In this document: positions 52,661 through 64,000 of the stretch, one piece after another
Position numbering within the stretch: position 1 is the first letter of the stretch
How the letters are laid out: the number at the start of each line of letters is the position of its first letter
Assembly (NCBI RefSeq): GCF_006345805.1
Contig: NC_043003.1
Coordinates: 20,770,001-20,834,000 of the forward strand
DNA length: 64,000 nucleotides
Reading direction: 5' to 3'
From: Octopus sinensis
Lineage: Eukaryota
The notes under the pieces: model-generated
The model's database searches: none
Seen by the model: the letters and a program-made list of their open reading frames with translations, nothing else
What the model was told of the DNA's origin: nothing
Made by a program: the position numbers and the translations under genes

Positions 52661-53186
52661 ATATGCATCTACATTATATCCATTATATCGGCACAGGTCA
52701 GTGTGACCAAAGGAAACTGGTATTGCCAGTTTGCATCATTAGGCTGTAGCTAGCATTATATAATTGGAGATTTTATATGTTTATTCAAAACACTACTGTA
52801 TTTATTTTGAGATGCTCTGTGTTTCTTTCAATTACTTTAAATATAATAACGAATTTAGTAAAATAACTTAATTATCATTCAGCTAGTTTTAGGAACATTA
52901 ATCGTGACTAAGGCTTGATGGAAGATTTTAATTCAAAACTTATGAAAACAAGACATTTGTACTCAGAGCCAGAGGTGGTTTCAGCCGGGTTGGCAATGAA
53001 AGGGTTAATGGTGCTTGACTCTAAAAGCGGTTAGAGCATCTGCAGAGCAACACCTGTCACTTAGCATTTCTGGTTGTTACGTACTCCCACTCCTTTTGTT
53101 GTTTTAGTTTCCCTCTGCAAGTATGACAGGTGTGGGGAAACATTTTTTATTATGTTTATTATCTAAAATTTATATATATATATATA

Positions 53187-53730
53187 TTGGGTTGTCCGGA
53201 AAGTTCATGCCGATTTATAGTAACTTACCTTTCAACTTATTTTAGAACATGGCTGAGTGCATAAAATAGGATTTGACTACACCTCCATTTAGAACACAGT
53301 TTAAGCTCTCTTTCCGTGGAAGAAGGTTTATGTTCCTATAACCTGTGTTAATTCAGTAACCCTTTAAAATAGAAGATAAGAAAGTTCATTTTCAGCACTT
53401 GATGTTTTGGGAACCAGACAAAAATTGCTGCAGCTCGACTGGGATGTGTTACCCCACCCTTCATATTCACCAGATATTGCTCTTTCGGATTTCCACTTAC
53501 TCAGGTCTCTAAAGAATAGTCTTAATGGTAAAAATTTCAATTCCTTGGATGAATTCTTTGCCATGAAACCACCTCAATTCTGGGAAGAGGGTATTTTCAA
53601 GTTAAGGGAAAGATGGAGATGCATGTGCAACAAAATGGTTCATATTTGGTTGATTAAAAATGTAATGGCAAGTATTTATTGACCTTTTTCTTTCCTATAA
53701 AAGTCGGCATGAACTTTCCGGACAACCCAA
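53187..53730 (+). mobile_element. Internally deleted mariner (MITE-like)
   Basis: TA|ttgggttgtccggaaagttcatgccga ... tcggcatgaactttccggacaacccaa|TA; retains HPSYSPDIALSDFHLLRSL. Confidence 0.93.
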
Positions 53731-54656
53731 TATATATATATTCCAAAGCACATGGTTCTGAATTTAGTTCCACTGAGTGGCACCTTGGGCAAGTGTTTTT
53801 TTCTCTATTGTATCCTAGGATTAGCCAAAGCCTTGTGAATGGATTTTGTAGATGGAAACTGAAGGAAGCCTGCCATATATATATTTGTATATATCATTCA
53901 AATGTACAGAAAACAAAAGAGAAACAGGTGAGGGAACAAAAAGCAGGTGTATTAGTTTGACATGTAGGCAAATGGAAAAGTCTTTGATATTTTGAGCCTA
54001 TGCTCTTCAAGGGATGAGAAAGAAAAAAATGGAGAGAGAAAAAAATGTGTCATGACTAACAGTTTCACATGTTGAGATGCTGGAAAATGTCTTTGAGTCT
54101 GTGTTTTTCCACCACCACTGCTTGACAACCAGTGTTGGTGTGTTTAATTTCCCCATAACTTAGCAGTTCATCAAAAGAGAACAATATAATAAATACCAAG
54201 TTTTAAAAAATACTTTTTCAAAATTCCACAGGGTGAATCCCCAGTAAGGTTACTTTCTAGGAACTGAAACTAGCAAAAGATAAAATATAAAAGACATATA
54301 TATATGTGTGTATTTTACATTTCACTAAGAAATGGCACATGGTACCAGAATTTTCGATTATCATCTAATTTAAAAATCTATTCAAAATTGTTGTTAGAGT
54401 AACCATGTATGTATGCTTCAGGTTTGCATAATTTATAATGAGAAATGCATTTATTACATAAACTTCCCTTGATTAAAACATTTCAAAATATTTCGGAATG
54501 TTTTCATTGAGGAAGGTCTTACATAATGGATACATTTACTATTACATATTACGCAAATCTGAAACATACATACTAAATGATATCAAAATATCACTATTTG
54601 GTTTGACTTCGTTATTACAATATATATATGCATGAATGTGTGTGTGTGTGTGTGTG

Positions 54657-54692
<36 letters not shown>

Positions 54693-54915
54693 ATAATAAT
54701 AATAACTATAATCCTTGGATGGAATTTATAAGCATTTAATGCATTGCTACATGCATTTCCACAAATCTCATGTTTTTAAAATCAGAATCCATATTCTTGG
54801 GATGAATACAGTGTAATCTGTAGTATCCATGAACATTGAGTTGATCATCTTCATGGATTCATTTCTTCAGGCAATATAACATTAATAGATGTGCAATGGA
54901 GGGATGCTTATGTGC

Positions 54916-54959
<44 letters not shown>

Positions 54960-55756
54960 ATTTAATCATAATGTATATACTCTATAGCTAGGACAGTTAC
55001 TGTGGTATTTGTCCTGAGATAATATCTCTAATGGACATGCCGTGTTAAAAGCATAATGAATATCAGAAGGAGACAAAAATTCATCCCATTAGTGACCAGT
55101 GAAAATGCCAGATGCATTTTGGGCCTTTTGGGGCCTTTTCAATGGTGCATACTTGCAGCTAGCCCCAAGCTCTGGTGATAGTTTGTCCCCTCTGATATGG
55201 GTATGGATGTGTTGTCATCTTCATCATCATCATATTAACATCCACTTTCCCATGCTTGCATGAGTCAGATGGAGTTTATTTAGGTAGGAATTTTATGACA
55301 GGACATGTCTTCACCAAATATTTGAAATGATATTTGTATCAATGTGACACTCATTTACAACTCTCACACAATACAAAGCAACACATACATACACACATGC
55401 ATGCATACTTGCACATATACATATTATGGAGGTATAAGGATATGTAACACACTGCCTAAATACCAATCTTGAGAAATTAGGCCTCTCAAAACCAGAAAAG
55501 AGAAAACTAATTCGAAGACTACAGAACAAATCCATTACTGGAATTGTAAAAATCTGTAAAACTTTCCAGAATTTTCTCATTTAAATATATATAGGCACAG
55601 GAGCGGCTCTGTGGTAAGTAGCTTGCTTACCAACCACATGGTTCCTGGTTCATTCCCACTGCATGGCACCTTGGGCAAGTGTCTTCTACTATAGTCTCAG
55701 GCTGACCAAAGCCTTGTGAGTGGATTTGGTAGGTGGAAACTGAAAGAAGCCCGTTG

Positions 55757-55815
<59 letters not shown>

Positions 55816-56224
55816 ATATGTTTGTGTGTCTGTGTTTGTACCCCTCAGCATCGCTTGACAACCGATGCTGGTGTGTTTACGTCCCCATAACTTACCGGTT
55901 TGGCACAAGAGACTGATAGAATAAGTACTAGGCTTCTGAAGAATAAGAACTGGGGTCGATTTGCTAGACTAAAGGTGATGCTCCAGCATGGCTGCAGTCA
56001 AATGATAGAAACAAGTAAAAGAGAAAGAGATACGAGCATGTCTAGATACGGAACTATATGAATGAGAATACATACATAACGCATACAAAACTGCACATAC
56101 CTACACACATACATACATACAAAAATATCCTGCTGTTGATGTTGAAATTCCAATGAAGGCGCCTTGGATCTAGGTTAAAAACTGGTTCTTTAATGACAAG
56201 AAATCATGAAATAAACTAAATATT

Positions 56225-56585
56225 GACATACATACATACATACATAATACATGCATACATAATACATACATACATACATACATGCATGCATGCATACATA
56301 CATACATACACACACACATACATACATACACACACACACATACATACATACATACATACATACATGCATACATAAAACATACATGCATAATACATACATG
56401 CCTGCATGCATGCATACATACATACATACATACATAATACATACATGCCTGCATGCATGCATACATACATATATTCATAATACATACATGCATACATACA
56501 TACATAATACATGCATGCATGCATACATACATAATACATGCATGCATGCATACATACATACATACATAATACATGCATACATACA

Positions 56586-56619
<34 letters not shown>

Positions 56620-56624
56620 ATACA

Positions 56625-56656
<32 letters not shown>
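56225..56656. repeat. (CATA/TGCA)n compound microsatellite
   Basis: Seen directly. Confidence 0.95.
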
Positions 56657-57556
56657 GGTATTAGCTGGATATTGTTGTTTGGGACAGACAAGAAAATTTA
56701 TCTACTGTCATAGAGGTCAGCTGTCTTGCTGATACGAATATCTCTTTTAAAATAAAATAAAAGGAAGATACCTGCTTTGATCCAGCTTCTTTATCCAGGT
56801 AATATCATCACGTTTATACCAATACTAATTGGTATATTTGGCTTTGTGAGTAAATGCTTAACCAACAGTTGGATAAGCTTGGATTTTTTGAAAAAGATAT
56901 CGACCAACTAACTCTCACATTACAAATGCAATCCATAATGGAGACAGTAAAAATATGCAAGACTCTTCTCTAGTTTCAAAAGTATCATTGTTTGCATATT
57001 ATACATTCCAACAATCGATCTTTGTGTCTTTGTTAGAAGCTATCACCTTCCTTGGAGAAATAGGCATAGGAGTGGCTGTGTGGTAAGTAGCTTGCTTACA
57101 CACCATATGGTTCCGAGTTCAGTCCCACTGTGTAGCACTTTGGGCAAGTGTCTTCTAGTCTAGCCTCGGGCCGACCAAAGCCTTGTGAGTGGATTTGGTA
57201 GACGGAAACTGAAAGAAGCCCATCGTGTATATGTATATATATGTATGTATGTGTATATGTTTGTGTGTCTGTGTTTGTCCCACCAACATCGCTTGACAAC
57301 CGATGCTGGTGTGTTTATGTCCCTGTAACTTAGTGGTTCAGCAAAAGAGACTGGTAGAATAAGTACTAGGCTTACAAAGAATAAGTCCTGGGGTCGATTT
57401 GCTTGGCTAAAGGTGGTGCTCCAGCATGGCCACAATCATATGACTGAAACAAGTAAAAGAGTGATTGAAAAGAGAACTACACACATACGCACACACACAC
57501 ACACACTATCCGTTTGATAATAATGGTTAAATACACAACAACAAATATATAGTGTA

Positions 57557-57863
57557 CAGTTCTATATTTAAGAGATAAGGAATTATGTACATTATTTACA
57601 TCATTTACATTATTTACATTCAACGGATATTTGTATTCATCTTGTTTGTTGTTAACACAACGTTTCAGCTGATATACCCTCCAGCCTTCTTCAGGTGTCT
57701 TGGGGAAATTTCAAACCTGGGTTCTCATTCCTAAGTTATTTTACAATGTTATTATTATTATTATTATTGCTATTATTATTATTGTTGTTCAGGTCACTGC
57801 TTGGAATCAAACTTGGAATCTTGGTGTTAGTAGCCAACACTCTTAACTACTACACCTACAGGC
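57557..57863 (-). mobile_element. tRNA-headed SINE family D with hammerhead-ribozyme motif, copy A
   Basis: tRNA-like head, (AAT)n linker, 3' domain containing the hammerhead core. Confidence 0.8.
57654..57699 (-). ncRNA. Minimal type-I hammerhead ribozyme motif
   Basis: GACAC-CUGAAGA-A-GGCUG-gagggtatat-CAGCU-GAAAC-GUU-GUGUU: stem I GACAC/GUGUU, stem II GGCUG/CAGCU, palindromic ACGU stem III, NUH = GUU. Confidence 0.7.
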
Positions 57864-58052
57864 ACATGGTGTAGTGGTTAAGAGCGTGGGCTACTAACCC
57901 TAAGATTCCAAGTTCGATTCCAAGCAGTGACCTGAACAATAACAACAACAACAACAATAATAATAATAATGATAATGATAATAATAATAATAATGATGAT
58001 AATAATAATAATAATAATGATAATAATAATAATGATGATGATAATAATAATG

Positions 58053-58088
<36 letters not shown>

Positions 58089-58212
58089 TCAAAAAATACC
58101 TTAGGAATGAGAACCCTGAGACACCTGAAGAAGGCTGGAGGGTATATCAGCTGAAACGTGTTAACAACAAACAAGATGAGGGCAAATATCTGTCAAATGT
58201 AATTAATGTAAT
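57861..58212 (+). mobile_element. SINE family D copy B (A box TGGTGTAGTGG, B box GTTCGATTCC), hammerhead stem I damaged
   Basis: Same head and 3' domain as copy A; GAAACGTGTTAAC lacks 3 nt relative to copies A and C. Confidence 0.8.
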
Positions 58213-58579
58213 TATGTAGTGTGTTTGATTTCAAGAAATGTGATCTGATATTTCAATAATCTGGAAACCATCACCAGAAGATGGTTTAGAAATTTCTTAA
58301 CCAAAATCACCATATATGTAAAGATTATTCAACTTACCTCTTCGCACTATTTGAAGCTCTCCTCCTCTTCTCTTTGGCTTGTTATTCTATTTCTGTATCA
58401 CAATGCTTTGTGCACACTGGGACAACACTCTTCTTTCAACTGTCTAAAATACTAATAAAAGAAACACGCACTTGACACACATAGAGCTTTTAAAATTATT
58501 ATGAATTCAGCACTTGTTAAAAGTATGTGTGTGTGTGGTGGGGTCCTCTGATATCACATAGAGTGTTAAGCACTTAGAG

Positions 58580-58819
58580 CAGCGTTTCTCAACCGGAGTT
58601 CCCAAGAACCCTGGGATTCCACGAAAGGCTCCTTGGAGTTCCGTGAGAAAGATTGAGATAAGCTAATGCTAATATTATGATCCTAATATTACTATACATG
58701 CACAACATATTATTGGTTATTGTAATATAGATATCATCCTATCTAACCTATTATGTTATCAAAAAAATATAAGAACCATTGGGGATATATTTAGTGTTGT
58801 CTGTAATTTATGGACACCC

Positions 58820-58851
<32 letters not shown>

Positions 58852-59113
58852 ATATAAATTAGAGATAAAACCACTATTATGCAACAAATTGAATTTTTCC
58901 CTGAAAGTTTGGAGTTATACTCCCTTATATTATTATTATTATTATTATTATTATCATCATTATATATATATATATATATGATATTTACCATGTGAACTAC
59001 AAGGAAAAAAGTATAAGAAAGATATGGTATATAATTTATTTTGTGCAGTGGTTCCTTGAAACATGTAATTTATTTTGAGGGTTACATAGGGGTAAAAAGG
59101 TTGAGAAACACTG
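58580..59113. mobile_element. hAT/Charlie-type MITE with nested microsatellite/Tc1-like fragment
   Basis: TIRs cagcgtttctcaacc / ggttgagaaacactg; TSD acttagag/acttagaa. Confidence 0.85.
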
Positions 59114-59614
59114 ACTTAGAATATGGAAATTAGTATTCCCAGTTCTCTAGCGTTACTAGATTTGATGTGAATGTAAACAGATTAGCTACTAATCTCTCTG
59201 GGATTGGTCAAGTGATGTAAACACTTCTGACTCCTAATAAGAGTCATTTGCACAGACAACCCCAGGTTTTTAAACAGACCCATTCTGAACATTCACACAA
59301 TGTCTCACAAGTAACTATACTGACACAGCACAGTTCTGTCTGTTTCAGTACGTAATTACTAACGTTATTAATTGTAAATGACCAACAACAAATATCCTTG
59401 CCTTCAGCAATCATTATTTCAGTTAAAAATTCATAGGTTTTACATCAATTATTTTTCTTGCAGCCAACGAAATATATGTGCATTTACAAACTCAATATTG
59501 CACCAACCAAACAACCACTGCAACACATCTTTCTCTTACTCCTTCTCCCACCCTCTCATTCCAATCACTTTGTTTCTACCATCCTACTCTTGCTTTCACT
59601 GAAAGAAGCCTGTC

Positions 59615-59653
<39 letters not shown>

Positions 59654-59833
59654 TCTACATATATATATGTGTGTGTGCCACTATGTCTGTGTTTGTTTCC
59701 AGCTCCATTGCTTGACAGCCAATGTTGGTGTGTTTACATGCATATAACTTAGCAGTTCAGCAGAAGAGACTGATAGAATAAGTACCAGGCGTACAAAGAA
59801 TAACTCCAGGGATCAATTTCTTCGACTGCCCGT

Positions 59834-60354
59834 GGGCATATGGTGTAATGGTTAAGAACCACGGGCTACTAACCCCAAGATTCCGAGATCGATTTCAAGC
59901 AGTGACCTGAACAATAACAACAATAATAATAATAACAATAATAATAATGATAATAATAATAATAATAAAACATAATTTGCGTTTTTTTTTTTTTTGACAT
60001 TCACTAGTACAACTCCCAAAAAAACCCCAAATATATGGCACACTAGGCATAACAACAACATGAACTTCCAACCTGTTGTCTCTTGAGGTCTCTGGGTGAG
60101 ACTTGAGCCAACTTGTACAAATATAAAGCAAAAGTCAAACATAGAATAATAATAATAATAATAATAATAACATCGAAAAATACCTTAGAAATGAGAACAC
60201 AGGTTCGAAATTTCCCCTAAGTCACCTGATGAAGGCTGGAGGGTATATCAGCCAAAACGTTGTGTTAACAACAAACAAGATGAGGGCAAATATCCGTCAA
60301 ATGTAAATAATGTAATTAATGCACATAATTCCTCATCTCTTAAATATAGAACTG
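59834..60354 (+). mobile_element. SINE family D copy C with extra ~170-bp internal segment between two (AAT)n tracts; hammerhead G12 mutated to A
   Basis: gtcacCTGATGAaggctg...cagccAAAACGTTgtgtt at 60221-60266. Confidence 0.8.
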
Positions 60355-60479
60355 AAATACACACTTTGATGTAAAATCTGTGGTTTCACTTAATTACTGG
60401 TATTCTCACCTGAGCCTGACACTAAGTATTAATCATGGAGATTCAGTGAATGATACTTGCATTCTACAGGCGTTTATCA

Positions 60480-60760
60480 TTATAGTCCATTGTTGTGCAG
60501 ATGTCTCTTTATGGTGACCTCATTTGTTATTCTGTCAACTGAAAGCCTTGTGGTGATCAAAGAATGGTAACATGTGCAGACAAGCAGGAAGTGCACAATA
60601 ATTTACACACGTTTGTCTGTCAACTATGCTTCAAAGCAAGCAATTACATACAACAGGACTGCATAGTCACCTGAGAGGTCAAGGATGGAAAATCAGAAAT
60701 ACCATTGACAATGAGGAAGCAGTAGGAAGCAGCAATCATCTGTGAAGATGGAGCGATTAC
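60480..60760 (+). mobile_element. Decayed RTE LINE 3' end (C2H2 remnant FVCQLC...GLHSHLR)
   Basis: Frameshifted zinc-finger remnant typical of RTE ORF2 C-termini. Confidence 0.5.
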
Positions 60761-61052
60761 CGTGTATATGTATATGTTTGTGAGTGTGTGTGTGTGTGTG
60801 AATGCGTGTGAGTGTGTCTATATATATATCTTTTACTCTTTTACTTGTTTCAGTCATTTCACTGCGGCCATGCTGGAGCACCGCCTTTAGTCGAGCAAAT
60901 CGACCCCAGGACTTATTCTTTGTAAGCCTAGTACTTATTCTATCAGTCTCTTTTACCAAACTGCTAAGTTACGGGGATGTAAACACACCACTATCGGTTG
61001 TCAATCGATGTTGGTGGGGACAAACACAGACACACAAACATATACACACACA

Positions 61053-61122
<70 letters not shown>

Positions 61123-61834
61123 CAATGGGCTTCTTTCAGTTTCCGCCTACCTACCAAATCCACTCACAAGGCTTTGGTCAGCCTGAGACTATAGTAGAAG
61201 ACACTTGCCCAAGGTGCCATGCAGTGAGAATGAACCCGGAACCATGCGGTTGGTAAGCAAGCTACTTACCACAGAGCTACTCCTGTGCCTATATATGAGC
61301 ATCGGTTGTCAAGCGATGTTAGGGAGACAAACACACACACATAAATATACATATATATGACGGGCTTCTTTCAGTTTCCATCTACCAAATCCACTCACAA
61401 GGCTTTGGTTGGCCCAAAGCTATAGTAGAAGACACTTGCCCAAGGTGCCACGCAGTGGGACTGAACCCAGAACCATGTGGCTGGTAAGCAAGCTACTTAC
61501 CACACAGCCAACAATGTAAACTTCATCAAGGTGTCTCAACCTGAAGACTAAGCTATGCCGAGAAGTGTTCATTGTGCAACAACTTACATAATTGAACATC
61601 ATTGAGTTATGAAACAATTATGGTCGATATTCTACCTGTTCCACTCCTTATATGTTTTAAAATCTTATTTGATCATTTGCAACATTAGTTGTTAAACCAC
61701 AAACTGTGTTGAAACAATCATCTTATCACTTAATCACTATTAGATTCATCAAACTCTTACCAAATCCTATACACTGTCCTCAGATTAACACCCAAACACT
61801 CTGAAATGTTTGTATTGGAGCTTCTAGCATGAAC

Positions 61835-61886
<52 letters not shown>

Positions 61887-62389
61887 TCTATATATATAAG
61901 TCTACATATATATATATGTGTGTGTGTGTGTGTGCCTTTATGTCTATGTTTGTCTCCAGCTCTATTGCTTGACAACCAAATATCTGGCAGAGTGAATTGC
62001 ATCATGGTGCTGTTTTTCTCACAGATGGTGCCCAACTAACTCTACTATGCTGTGTAGCCAACAAAATCAAAAACAAACAATGCACATGCACAAAATTACA
62101 AATGTAAAATGGTGACAATTTACTCATCGCACCCTGTATATAAAGATAAAGACTTCTGTGTTATTCTTCATTTTCAAATGCAGAAGTCGATGTGTGTGTG
62201 TGTGTTTGTGAAAATTTTAACTTACTCCACTAGTATGTGTTTCTATGTGTAACCACTCTATAATTGTTTGGGGTCCTTTCTTTACAACATCAGAGCTGCC
62301 TGGGGACACCCACCAATCTACGCAACATGACTCTCATAACTCATGCAACAGCATAGACTTTGTTGAGAAGCCATTAACTATACAGCTGT

Positions 62390-62595
62390 GACACACACAT
62401 ACAAACACACACACACATGCACACACACACAAGCGCGCGCACACACACACATACAAACACACACACACACACATGCACGCTCACACACAAACACACACGC
62501 ACACACGTACACACACACACAAACACACACACACAAACGCACACACATGCACACACACAGAAACGCACACACGTACACACACAAACACACACACA

Positions 62596-62676
<81 letters not shown>

Positions 62677-62766
62677 AGGCTGTAATCTGACCTGAAGTCT
62701 GTTGTTTCTTTGTCTATCCTTTTATTCTATCATTCGTTCATTAATTAATTAATTCATTCATTCATT

Positions 62767-62822
<56 letters not shown>

Positions 62823-62864
62823 CATACATGTATATATATATATACATACATACATACATATATA

Positions 62865-62898
<34 letters not shown>

Positions 62899-62945
62899 CA
62901 TACATACATGCATAGTTATATGTCTATGAGTGTGCACGAGTATGC
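62390..62945. repeat. (CA)n and (TA/CATA)n microsatellite cluster
   Basis: Seen directly. Confidence 0.95.
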
Positions 62946-64000
62946 CTGTATATATATATACATAAATACCTGTATGTGTATATGTATGTATGTATGTATG
63001 CAAAATATTTAAATTTAGGTCTGCTTGATAAGAGTTTATCTGGGTTAAATATGTTTGACTGACCAAAAGTGATATAGAAATGTGTATGCATGCATCCATG
63101 TGTGTGTGTGTATGCATGCATGTGTGTGTGTGTATGCATGCATGTGTGTGTGTGTTTGTGTGCATTTGTGTGTGCGTGTGTGTGTGTGAAAATTTTAACT
63201 TACTCCACAAGTATGTGTTTCTATATGTGACATTCCTGTACCGGTTTCCTATTTCTTCATTGCCTTAAGGGGCTAAACATAGAAGGGACAAACAAGGACA
63301 GACAAAGGGATTAAGTCAATTACATCAACCCGAGTGCATAACTGGTACTTGATTTATCAACCCAAGTGCATAACTGGTACTTAATTTTTCAACCCTCGAA
63401 AGAATGAAAGGGGAAGTTGACTCGGCGGAATTTGAACTCAGAACATAATGGCAGACGAAATACCACTAAGCATTTTACCCAGTGTGCTAACGTTTCTGCC
63501 AGCTCACTGCCTTTACAGGCTTCCATTGATATTTATCACAATAATCTGAATACCCAAAATGTTTTGTTTTTTTTTAAAATTATATAATAAAAATAGATAA
63601 GTTTGACATAGAAGCTAGTAAAGGAGCTGGGCTGAAATAGAGTATGAAGGGAAAATGGACAGTAAGAGATGATGATGATGATGAGGAGGAGGAGGTATGT
63701 AATGTGATGTGACTGTACTTTTTTTGTATCTGAAGATCACACGGAAAAGTGACGCAGCTTCAAGTGATTCTCTAAGCCAATCCTTGATGCTTGTAGGGCT
63801 TTCCTTCCTGCCTGCACTGAGTAGTTTTAATGTGAGAGTCAGTCCATACAATCCAATCCCAGTCTTTTAGACTTGGAGGTCTGACCACAGCTCGTTGGCC
63901 ACTGTAGCCATCACTCAATGTAATAAACAAAAACACCTTGTTATCACACACAGCATCCTTGTCAACAAGAGGGGATTAGAATACTTGGTTGTGTGTTCCA

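Noticed and set aside
57861-57935. Genuine tRNA gene
   Set aside because: Acceptor stem not well formed; it continues into SINE body sequence and recurs with divergent copies.

Overview
AT-rich, microsatellite- and SINE-dense animal genomic DNA. The repeat families look like those of Octopus; this is my recognition and has not been checked against a database. Nearly all ORF-track entries are microsatellite or repeat artefacts. One real multi-exon gene can be assembled by hand on the minus strand: a FAAH1-like amidase-signature enzyme. It has 13 coding exons in the window (38209 to 851, 1335 nt = 445 codons, all GT-AG introns, frame-consistent), an intact Lys/Ser/Ser triad, and runs off the left edge. 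The rest is tRNA-derived SINEs, RTE-tail repeats, Helitron-, hAT-, mariner- and MITE-type elements, and decayed CRE, RTE and R4-type retroelements. Two things stand out. (i) A tRNA-headed (Pol III) SINE family carries a minimal type-I hammerhead ribozyme of the Penelope/retrozyme kind, in three copies, two of them fused head-to-head; further decayed hammerhead-like cores occur elsewhere. (ii) Several long, near-perfect inverted repeats lie in the FAAH introns (559-bp and 187-bp arms) and would make long dsRNA in the pre-mRNA. Repeat coordinates are read by eye and approximate unless TSD/TIR boundaries are quoted.
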